From: Eutreptiella sp. 'Long Island Sound 2002'
Taxonomy: Eukaryota > Protista > Euglenida
Reading direction: 5' to 3'
DNA: 64,000 nucleotides
Assembly: GCA_964036045.1 (NCBI GenBank)
Contig: OZ038378.1
Span: forward strand, 22,382,001-22,446,000
Shown: positions 53,640 to 64,000 of the stretch, one piece after another
How the letters are laid out: each line of letters opens with the position of its first letter
How positions within the stretch are numbered: position 1 is the stretch's first letter
Position numbers and translations under genes: made by a program
Notes under the pieces: generated by a model
What the model was told of the DNA's origin: nothing
Database searches by the model: none
What the model saw: the letters and a program-made list of their open reading frames with translations, nothing else

Positions 53640-53853
53640 TGCAAAGAAATACGAAATATCTAAGTGTGTGAGAGATGAACACGGGAGAATGCACTATGGG
53701 CAATAGCAAGCATGCACGGCGCGGCAAGGAAGAAAATGGCACTTGTCGGTGGGCATTATATCGTTCTAGTGTTGATCTAGTCTAGCCTAGAACATCTAGG
53801 CTAGAAGTTCTAGGCTAGAACAAAATTGGGTGTTTTAGCGTGTACGAAGGGAA

Positions 53854-54449
53854 CCGCGGATCTGTTGCTGGCACGAGGTGATGATCTATTGGAGGAGGAT
53901 AACCCCCCTCACATTGCGGAACACTTCATGAAAATATGAAGCAATCGAGCATTGGAAGCAACAAAGGCGGATGTGGCTCACATCAAGGATCAATATGGAC
54001 AAGCGCAACATACGATACAAGCACAGAAAAGGCAAACCAAACACATGCAGACCAAGATAGGCATGGAGCAAGCACAACTCCAAGAGTTGAAGAAGACAAC
54101 GAACACGACCGGCTTGCCTATCTCTCATCTCACAGAAAGTCTTGGCCGTGCATTTGTTGTGCTAATTCAAATACGCCATAGAGCTAGCGATTGGACTCGA
54201 CCTCCCTCTTCGAATTTGGTGAGTATCCTCACATGTCACCGTAGTGCTCGTCCTGCAACAAAAATCTTGTTTCGCATTTTTGCCCGCGGAGGGGGGGTTC
54301 GGAACCTGTGTGAAACACACCGTAAAACACACCGTAAGATTCCACGGTGCTTTGACCCGGTATTTGCTTCGCACGACTCGTCAAGGGTGCCCATAATTTT
54401 ACCCGCAGCCTGTGTAGGCTTCCCTTGCACGGACAACCAGCTCATGTAG
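53854..54449 (+). pseudogene. 3' part of the gene interrupted by the 11-kb transposon (coiled-coil-like)
   Basis: In frame with 42670..42871 after one AA is removed. One TGA at ~53937, then ORF 53952..54449. Confidence 0.65.
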
Positions 54450-54570
54450 GCTTCCCCTTCACGGACAACCCGTTAAGGGTGCCCTCAATTTTACCCGCAG
54501 CTCGTGTAGGCTTCCCCTGCACGGACAACCCGTCAAGGGTGCCCTTAATTTTACCCGCAGCTCGTGTCTC
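54372..54570. repeat. ~60-bp tandem repeat (x3 plus a partial copy)
   Basis: AAGGGTGCCC..AATTTTACCCGCAGC..GTGTAGGCTTCCC..GCACGGACAAC recurs. Confidence 0.85.
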
Positions 54571-56653
54571 TAGGGAATTTGTTATGTCCTCTTGTGTTCT
54601 ACTTGCTTGCCGTTGTCCCCCAGCCCATGCAACCCCACCCTGCCAGCTTTCAAAAGCGAGGAAAACTGAATTTTTGTGTTCTGACCGGCATGCCCCTTTT
54701 CTCCAATTGAATGTCACCTCCGGTGGCGCGGGATCTTTTCACTGTTCTGCCCGATAAAATTCTGACAGATACACCATGCACCATGCAACCCCTTCCCCGG
54801 AACCCCCTTGAATGGAGATGGCAAAACATTAGGTTCCGTTTTTTGGTAGCTTTTTTTTTTGGCTCACCACCAACCCACCTCTCTTCTTTCACAAAAGCAG
54901 TCCGCGGAGCCCCGGCGGCGCCGCTTACCTCCTTGGATGCCAAGAGGGAAGAGCGACACTCGGACTGGTGTGGTCAGCCAGGGGCATGGATGACAGCCGC
55001 TTTTCTGTGCAAAATGAACCTATTTTAATCAAGTTATCTTTTGGTTGTGACATGTTGTGATACATTCGGATACACCACTCTTTTCTTGCCTTTTTTTCTG
55101 CCCGCCATGCCTGACGCCGCACCCGATGGCAGCACCCGCACCCATGAGGTGCGGTATGAGTACAAGGGTCCAAGACCAGCGGAGCCGCCGGAGTGGCATG
55201 GCACCGGGGTAGTTGTGCGGGGTTTTTCTTCGACCCGGACGAGGCCCTCCCAACCTCTTGTCCGGGTCATCGTGCCGCCGCAACCAGCCCCCAGCCAATA
55301 GGTAACGAACCCATGACCCTCCTTGCCTTGTCCTTTCCTATCAGACCTTTCGCCCCCTTCATCTCTCAACGGGACAATGACGGATCATTTTTTTAATCTG
55401 TCGCAATCATTGCCTTTTCTGCCGTATGCTCCAGCGTCCCCCCCCTCGGCTGGATGGGGGGATGTGCCTCAATTGCTGCAGTACGGCGATGAGGGGGACC
55501 ACTCACCATGCGACTCGTACACTGCCAAACCTCTATCACAGTTGGCTTCGCCGCAACCACCCATGCTAACTCCCCCACCAACCCCGCCATCACCATGCAA
55601 CACTCCCCCCTCACCCATAGCCCCGCCACTAGGAAATCCTCCATCACCACCCTGCCTCAGCCCCCCCCGCCAAAGATCGTCCCAGCTCAACAGAAACCCC
55701 CCCCCCCCTCCCCAAGGCCACCAACCCCATCACCCCAAGGACCGAGCAGTGGCTGTCCCGGCCCCTAGCAACACTCGATGGCTGGTTTGATTTTGGGTGG
55801 ACAAGGTACGCCTTTGCCTCGAGGCGCTGGGGCCATGTATCCCTATGGAGGGACAACGGGTATCTAGGTCCCGCTTCCTAGAAAGATGCCTAGAGCGGCC
55901 CACATGATCCTCGCCCGTTCCATTCCCCGTCCACCCCGCTCCGCCGTCCCCAACGTCTCCAACTTCCCACGAGCAAGGAGGCCCCTGCCAACGGGTCAAG
56001 CCAGCCTACTAGGGCTGATCTCACACCAACGGACCTCGTTGTTGGGCCTTTGCCCCCCCCCACCCCTGCCCCTGCCCATAGACGCCGCTGGTGCTAGGGC
56101 ACCCACAATCACCACAATCCCGCCGTGTCAAGGGGCACCTTCGTCTCAACCCCGAGAGCACACCTTCTTAGGAGGCCTGAATTGCCCGCCCTGGTGACCC
56201 TCAAGAAGTCGAATTTGTTACCCCGAACTGGGGTGTTTTTTTAGGGTATGAAATGCAGGGGGGGGGGGGGGGTCACTGTTTCAGTTTATGGTTTAAAAGC
56301 CCTTTTCTGCACCATACCAATGTTCCAATTCTAAACAGCCAATTTCAACCCCCAAATCAGCCAAATTCCAAAAATGAAGCGAAATTTCGCCACTCTTTTG
56401 AAATTGGCCGATATCATACCCCTTTTTCATGCATTTTTTCACTCATGAGACGCGAAATTTCGCCACTCCTTCATTATTTGATGTTTTGATACCCTCATTG
56501 TGTCTTTGTATATTTGTGTGCTAATTTGATTTCATTTGTCCCGAAATTTGTGCCTTTGATGAATTTTATGAACATTCCGACAATCTTGACATGGAGTATG
56601 TTCCCTGTTCTGAGGCAAATATGTGAGTATTTCCTTTGAGGTGACCACATGAC

Positions 56654-58910
56654 ATGGATCCGGCACTGCTAAGGGTGGTTGTCGCGAGTCGTGAGTTTCT
56701 GAACGTTGATGACCTCATGACGGATGTTGCCAATGGGGGCTCTGCAAGGTTATTGGCTGTCGGGGCCCTGGCAATGCGGACAAATCGACGATCACGGAAG
56801 GACTTTACACGGTTGCTGTTTGCCCATGGAACACGGAAGAAGCCCTGTTGGTACACTGTTTTCTCAAATCAATTGCTATGCTTGTGGCGACTTCTGAGAA
56901 AGATGGCAGCCCCTCATGCACAGTCCGAGGATGTACCAATACCTATTTCATTGAGCCGATTGTTGGCTCCCAGAGGACTTGTGCATGCAGCTATGCCCTC
57001 ACTTGCTGCCAATGCGCGACAACAAGCAACTTGGCTTTGGCAAAACATGCAGAACCACCAGATGGCGCTCTGGTATGACAACTGGGTGAAAAAGAATTAT
57101 GGGGTGGACCCGCTTCATCTTGACCACTCCATAAATTGCACAGCTGTGGCCGTGTTACATTTGCCAGCCCTACCACCATTTCCGGGTCATGTCTCACTAC
57201 TTGATGCCGTTCAGACAATTGGGGCACATGTTGATGCTCTACAACTTCGTCATGCGGATCTGTTTCGGCGTGTTAATGCCCTTCCTGACATGATTCAGCG
57301 TACCTTTGTCAGAGTCCCCCTGGACATTGTGCGGCAAAATGTGCTATCTGTCCGCTGGCAACCGATGATGCTGTCTGAGCTACGGTGTGGAACCAAACTG
57401 GATCACTTGAAACTGCTAAATACAATCCGGCATGTGCAGCAGGCAACTCGTCATGATTTACCTTTGTGTGTGGATATGAAGATTCACTATGAGCTCTTGA
57501 AATACCTCTATGGGCAGAGTTACACTTCATGGAATTTCCAATTGCACTTGTCAAGCCTCCCACTCATCTACGGGGTTTGGCACCCGTACAAGCATATGAT
57601 CACCATGCTTTACCGCAACTTTATGCCCATTATATGTGTGATGGAGAGAGTACACACCGATTTCAAGGAAGGGGATGCAGTACCAACAAAGGTTAAGCTC
57701 CTTCATATGGAGAAGACAATACTGGCGCTTTGTCTGAATGCTGGCACTTACCTACCAAGAGTTCAGGCAAAACTTGATGCATATGCCGTTGCGGCGCAGA
57801 ATGGACCATTGACGGACATGCAGTCTAAAAGCAAGGAGCTAATTTTGGGGTTGAAGGTGTTGTTGAAGGAGTATTGTCCTGTTGCATTTAGGATTGGTGT
57901 CCTTGTGAGAGACTGCAATAGGGCTGCTAGAGATCCCGGAAGTGGGAAGAATGCCTTGGCACTGCTGGAGTCTTGTTTGTTGGTTATGCTTTCTTTGGTG
58001 GGGAATCAATAGGAGAATGTGGAGTACATCAAGACATTGGTGGCTGCTCTGGTCACATGGCAGCGTTGGCACTCTCGGGTGCCCGGTTGTATTCACAGTG
58101 AGGAATATGGGGAGGCTATGTTGAGCAGGTTGTGTGCACAGTGCCGGATATGGACTACCATCACATCCCTGAGTGGCCCCTCCGAAATTTTTGTAACGTT
58201 GAGTCAGACCTTGACAGGGAGGAAGAACGTGCGGTTCTCACTGACAGAGGAGTGTGTGAAGCGGTATGGGTCCAATTTGAGGAGGTTTATTCTGAGTGTG
58301 TCTGTTGCATCCTTGCCCATTGTACAATGGAAGCCGCCACCCCTTTGGGTAGTAGAAGCAGTTGTGTTGCGTACTGTAGATGACCTTCAGTTTCCTAGTA
58401 CATTTGCAGCCGTTCCACCACGTAGCGTTCCTTTTAGTGTGTTCCACAAATATATTAGGACCCTTCTTCGTAAGAATCCCCCAAGCGATGACCATCTTAC
58501 GGTTCTACAGCAAACGGTGCCTCCATCAACGATTGCCGGGCAACGGAATGTGGGTATCCAGAGAGTGATGCAAATTACCCGCCCGCCCGAGCCCAAACCC
58601 AAGCCCAAACCCAAACCAGGGAAAACGGTTGCACAACGAGGTGCCCCTCACCCCAGCCCCCCCCCCAAGACACGGTGCACCCATCGCCAAATCTGCCCCA
58701 AGGAATCCAAAACCATCAGCCAAACCTGGCCCTCAGCAACCGCAGAATAGGGTACAGCATTCGAATGGGGGGGGGGGGGGGATGATGGCCCCCAGGTGGC
58801 CTTGTTTTCCACAGTGACAGTGATAACAGTAGTGTCTCGGATGATGACGACATAGTAGCTATTCTGGATGAAGAGGAGGTTTTTGGACAGGATACTTCAC
58901 AATGGGACTG
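56654..58910 (+). CDS. DUF6589-like putative DDE (RNase H-fold) transposase, with one in-frame TAG and a frameshifted tail
   Basis: ORFs 56654..58012 and 58019..58750 are in the same frame. Ordered motifs: WYDNW...NCTAVAVL, LPLCVDMK, YGVWHPYKH, EY (after the TAG), PGCIHSEEYGEAMLS. An acidic tail ends at ~58910 after G/C-run frameshifts. A possible upstream intron is 56623..56673. Confidence 0.65.
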
Positions 58911-59284
58911 ACATACCTGTTGTCTTCACAATGTACCAGATACTGTTTTTAGCACATTTTGGTTTGAGACGCGAAATTTCGCTTGCTTTTGGGTTTTGTG
59001 TGTTTTGAGCCTGTGTCCCACAGGGTGCTGTTACACTGCTGCCACTTGTACCACTAATGTGCTATTCATTTTTGTGTGTGATCCCGACTCTCATGGTTTT
59101 ACGTATTACATGTTGCTGAGGCTGTCATGATGTGTGATTTCAGCTGCTCTGTGCAGCATTCCTTGATGTCCCCTTGCAAAGGCTATAATTGAGGAATAAG
59201 TGGTCCGGAAACAACCAAATCACCACTGTCTGTCAATGTGATCCATGCCCAGAGCACCCTGATTTCCTCCAAGCCCCCACTGTC

Positions 59285-61999
59285 ATGTCATCCGTACCCA
59301 CAAAACCAAACACCAATGTGCCTGTGGCCCCAGAGCCATCCTCTTTATCACAACCCTCGCAGGGGTCCTCCGAGGGCCCCAGTCAACGGAATCCGGTCAG
59401 CCGGGGGAACAAGAAGGCCACTCCGAAAACGGACACCCTAGCAGATGCCGTCCAGAAGACAATGGTGTTATCCCACAAGGTCCTGCGGGTGGATGTTAAC
59501 CGCGAGCATGGGCAAATCCGGACGGTCAGCGAGACCAGACCAAAGCTGCGGCTGGAGGATTTGGCAAGGGTACCTCCCGTGGGGATCATCAAAGGATTAC
59601 TGGTCTAGCCTGGCAATTGTATGTTGCTGCACTTGCTTCTACACGTCTGTCGTTTGCATACTGGCCTGGGGACGAATTTTCTTCTGTTATTGCCTCAGTG
59701 GGTAGCTTCTGGATCATTGGTGGCGAACATGTCTTTTGTGCGGCGAGGAGACTGGCCAATGAACGTGAGAAAAAGAATCTGGACCCTTTGAGATGGCAGC
59801 TGGAGTTTGAGTCTATGGTTCTGAAGTGGGATACTCCCGTGCGCCAGAGGAGACGTCTAGCCGGCCACCAGCAGACAGCGCAGCTGTCAGGCACAGGAGC
59901 ATGCATGAGTGAGAGGGCTGTGCTGCTGATGGAGAACTTGGAGGAGCCTGAGAATGCTGATCTCGGTCTCACTAACGTGTGCCGCCAGATATTGGAGGAG
60001 GCTGGACTGACAGCTGATGAAGGAAGCCTGGTGTGTGACTGTCGCTCTCATGCGCATTGTTGTCCCAAAAAAGTTTGGTTGTATGCACTGTAGGATTCTG
60101 TGGCACGACGCTGGCTACCCTTGGCTAGAATGATTGATGCAACTGGCTATACAGCAATTGATGGAATTCGCAATTTCGAGAACAGGAGGATCCCCTTGGC
60201 ACTTGCATCATTCAAACCATTGGAGGAGCTCATTGGACCACACTTTGCACAGTGTGCCAAATACATGGAGACTCCACGAGCCACTGTTGCAGGAGTGGCT
60301 AAAGTGTTATGTGAATGCCAACGGGAAATGCGATGTGACTGGATTGTTATGCATCCTGACTGTCCAGAGGAGTTGGTTCACCCATCCCGCAGTATGTTGT
60401 GCAGGCATCCTGAATTGCACTATTAAATCATCGAATTCTGTTGATAGTGGCGAAATTTCGCGTCTCAGGTGGAAACATGGTCTGGACACCCAGTTTTTCT
60501 CTATAACAGGAAATACATCCGAGATTGCTACCCTACAGCGTCATATCAAGGGGATTGGTGCATTGAAGTTCCGCTGTGCATGCTGGGTGTACACTGATGA
60601 CATGCCTATGCCTCCCTGGGACTCTGTGTGCAAGGCCGAATTCTGGACATCCTCAAAATATGTAGACTTCAGGAGCCACCTGGCCAGACCTCGGAATACC
60701 TTTGACATTGCCAGCTCCGAAGGGAATGTGGTTCACTTGAAGACAGTCTCTGGTTCTGGTGCAGATGCTCTTGGCGGTGAGTCCCCCTTTCAGCTTTGTC
60801 TTCTGAATCCTACTGCCATTTTGAATGCTACTGTCGTTGGGTGGCCGTTCATACTGGCTGTCATTGAGGTTCCAAAGGGCTGGTCCACGGGTCTACCACC
60901 TCTTGCTGTGCGACATGTTTCAATGGGGAAACCACTGGTGGTTGCTGGTGAGTTGGCGGACGTACGAATCATCATGAGCCAGCTGCAGACTGACCTAGCT
61001 GAGGAGGGAGTGCATCAAGTGAGTGTCATGGTGTACAACACTGGCAGCCGCAGTCCGAATTTCACTATGATGCAATCAATGATGACAATTGTCACGTTGA
61101 CTCAGATTCCAAGGAAGGTACATTGCCCCCTGTGAATTGATACCCCAAATCAGCCAAATTCGAAAAATGAAGCGAAATTTCGCCACTCCCGCCATTTTGC
61201 CCAATTTGCACCATCTGTTTAGCTGCCGATGTACGTTACGTTCCGTGAAGGCCCATTACCCAGTATCCTGTGTCCTAAGGCTGTTCAATGGGTGCTGGAT
61301 GTTCTGAAAGTCCCGATGAATCTTACAAACTGGGTGCTGGTGGGGTCTTGCTCTCCAAAGCTGGCTGTCCAGCTTCAAATTCGTCTCAAGTCGGAAATTT
61401 TGGTTGTATTTGGTTTTCTCAAAGCTGCGGTTGATGAACTACCGAAAGAAACTGTTGAGCTTACAACCGGCACTTTAAGAGGGGCTAACTCTCTTGCCCC
61501 AATCTACTGGGAGTTTGTGTTGTCACAACTGGACTAGGGTGTGCCCGTCGACACCACTGGAATGGCTTATGTACCTGATGACCCTGATGAACAGCACTGC
61601 ATGGATAGTATGCCGGACGTGGATGCCAAGCCCAAGGGAACCCCAAAGCCGAAGGCATCTAAGCGAAAGCCCCAGAAGGGGGCAGCCAGCAATCCCCCCG
61701 GTGTCGATGCAGGTGGCAGTGCCGAGCCCCAAGCAACGCCTGCGAAAAGGGCTCAATCACCCTCTGTTGAGGCTCCAGCGGCGCAACATGATGAGGAGCA
61801 CACACAGCAGCAGAGTCTGCAGTTGGTCACGCCACACAAAGGCACTACACATCCACTGTGTGAGCCGAAAGGACCGTCACCGTCACCACAGGGATTGGAG
61901 AACTTTGCGAGTTTGGTGAGTGGTGGGACGGCACCAGCAGCCCAACCACAGCAGCAACCTCAAAAAGGAACGCGTTTGGGGAACAAACGACGACGGTGA
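59285..61999 (+). CDS. Spliced gene: ParB/Srx-like domain, helical region, possible degenerate methyltransferase-like fold, disordered tail; two in-frame TAGs
   Basis: GT-AG introns 59619-59698, 60031-60093, 60392-60509 and 61118-61222 each keep or restore the frame. Motifs are GQIRTV, GSFWIIGGEHVFCAARRL and LAGHQQ. TAGs at 59606 and 61535. Confidence 0.65.
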
Positions 62000-62659
62000 T
62001 TTGGTGTTGACTGCTATGATGAGATGATGGTGACTGCAGAAGCACCATCCTCTGAGCAGTCATTTTGAATTTTAATTTGTGTCTGACTTTATTTGATTTG
62101 TTATTCTGACACACCCTTTGTGGGTATTGGCACATGGAATTGCCTTTTGTAGGCAACATTTGGTAATTTCTTTGATGTATGTTTGTGTATTGATTGATTG
62201 TAAAGAGTTCCTTATGGTTCGAATCGTATGCCTGTGATATTTTGTATCAATCTTGTACTGTGGCAAGCAGGCAATGCACTGACAGTATTTCATACCTCAA
62301 TATACTGCATTTTGCCAAATGTGGCGAAATTTCGCATCTCATTGAAATTCCCTGAAAATGGGGGTCTGTTTCAACATACATCAGTGTACTGTTTCACAGT
62401 GTGTCATCTGTACACAACAGAACCCCTTTAGTGGACAATGCAATTTGTCCTTGAGTGCTATTTCTTTGAATTTTAATGCCTGTTTTGGATGGTTTGCAGT
62501 GTCCTCAATTGGAGGCAAAATGGTCCAATTGGACAATATGGGGCATGATTTCAGTTCAAAACTTCATACGTTGTGCGCTGTGTGCAATTAGGGGGTAGTA
62601 ATTCACCATTTTTTTCACACCATGAATGGCCTTCATTTCGCAGACCCCCCCCCCCCCCA

Positions 62660-64000
62660 GGCAATTAAGGCCTCCTGAGACCTTGAAGAAGATGGCACGT
62701 GGTGACCCGCCCAACCAATCCAAACCCAAGCTTGCCCCCGCACCCGGGAACGGTGCCACCCCTATCGCCGCGGTCAACCGCACCCAAGAGCCATGCTGCA
62801 TCGTACCCACCCAGCAGTGGCGCCGAAACCCGTCCGTACGTATTTCAAAACATAAACAAGGTTCCATTCCTATGTCCATTGCTTGCCACGGCCGCCGTAG
62901 CATCTCTGTAGTGTCTATCGATCCATGTCCCAGAAGTCTGCCTCGGATTGCGCCTCAAGTGTGTGGCAGTGCGCTGTGGACATTGTAGACAGGAATGTCT
63001 GCCCCGCCATAGAGGTTGGGGTGAATGCCGTACCATGAGTGATGAGGAGGATATAGCGGGTACGTTGAAGTGGGATTTGCTTCGTCCAATTGCAAGACTC
63101 TGCTTCGCGCCAAAGCCGCCGTGCTTCATCTCCACTGTCGACCGCGCCATTTTTTTGCGAACTATCGTGCCGAGCTAGTATCTACCAGCAAAGTATGACA
63201 CCACGCTTGAAAGGATGGTCAACAAAAAGAATTGAAAATGGAGGAAATCAGGGCAGTTCAGGCCCAGCTTTGGAATACGCCTTCTCGGCACCGCATGGCA
63301 CCGGGGATGATCTGGCGCCATGTTTGACTCTGTTGCCCCCCACCCGTGGCGCAGTTATTCCTTAGGGATTCCGATACTCCGCGGGACGCAAAAAGCAACA
63401 GGATGTGGCAGCTACTCAAGTCCGTGCTCAGGGAACCTTACGGCGAAAAAGCCGCGTGGACGCACGACCAGGTGAAAGATTGGACAAAGAACGCGAGCAC
63501 GTGCGCGGTGGAAAACGGTGGCTCATCCAATATCCACCAATCGTCATCATAGTTGAACCCGCCGAGGGATGACAAGCCTGGTGTGCCCCGTCTGCTGGTG
63601 AATGATGTGTGTTCCGACGATATTACGGGAACCATCCTGAACGCCCATACAATTGACATTGAGGGAGTCCACACCCCTCTCGGGGGCTGCAGCAGTGCTG
63701 TGCGCGGCGACGATGATTTCCCTAGGGGAGCGCGGAAGCGCGTCCTGCAGATGGCAGAGCAAATTGATCGGTCGATCCGCCCCGTACCACATGATTGCAA
63801 CGGCCTGGGAGGAATGGAGGTCCGTTTAGCAGTTGCTGGTGCCAAAAATGCCCCCTTGCGACTGTCGCACCCGCAAGCAAAACTGGCCAACTGGTTGGTG
63901 CGTGGGAGGGCCCGCGAGGTGGACAGGGAGGAAATCTGCATGACATGGCATAGGGGCTGCAGACCCCACTTGAGCCGTGGATGTTGTGATTCACAGCACT
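62660..64000 (+). pseudogene. Decayed Cys-rich coding-like region running off the window
   Basis: CVAVRCGHCRQEC and ...WHRGC fragments in shifting frames with many stops. Confidence 0.3.

Larger units (their letters stand above)
42872..53851 (-). mobile_element. 10,980-bp CMC (Chapaev/CACTA)- or Transib-like DNA transposon, decayed
   Basis: 43-bp TIRs (42872-42914 and 53809-53851, 37/43 identical) with CCC...GGG termini and a 2-bp AA TSD. Removing it restores the host frame (NGTTADLLLARGDD). CTAG-rich subterminal repeats are present. Confidence 0.85.
56379..62335. promoter_or_regulatory. Six perfect copies of the palindrome GCGAAATTTCGC (56379, 56452, 58971, 60450, 61172, 62324)
   Basis: All six lie in non-coding positions (upstream, intergenic, two introns, downstream). 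A 46-bp near-perfect repeat links 56350-56395 and 61143-61188. Function is inferred only. Confidence 0.5.

Noticed and set aside
56258-62657. G-run+TC at ~56258 and GA+C-run at ~62643 as TIRs of the DUF6589 module
   Set aside because: Similarity does not extend beyond the homopolymer, which is common in this genome, and no TSD was seen.

Overview
Repeat-rich eukaryotic nuclear DNA, probably from a photosynthetic protist. The interspersed repeats resemble those I recall from the euglenid Eutreptiella, which is unverified. Three host genes are supported: a Rubisco-LSMT-like SET methyltransferase (~12.0-13.2 kb), an INSIG-like membrane protein (~14.1-14.9 kb), and a mitochondrial carrier split by a 5.7-kb intron (22473..22706 + 28437..28825). 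Most of the rest is nested mobile DNA. (1) A 1.5-kb foldback element with an 8-bp TSD sits in the end of a MITE. (2) A retroposon-like unit is flanked by a 166-bp perfect direct repeat and carries a 1.6-kb insert with an 18-bp TSD. (3) An 11-kb CMC/Transib-like DNA transposon (42872..53851) has 43-bp TIRs, an AA TSD, two minus-strand genes and a 5.5-kb 25-bp satellite; removing it restores the reading frame it interrupted. (4) A near-intact module at ~56.3-62.4 kb pairs a DUF6589-like putative DDE transposase with a four-intron gene encoding a ParB/Srx-like domain followed by a possible degenerate methyltransferase fold. Two cross-cutting signals stand out. Elements (3) and (4) each carry their own palindromic motif in their GT-AG introns as well as outside the genes. 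The satellite also shows C>T/G>A decay at both CG and CWG sites. All protein family calls come from motifs read by eye; no searches were run.
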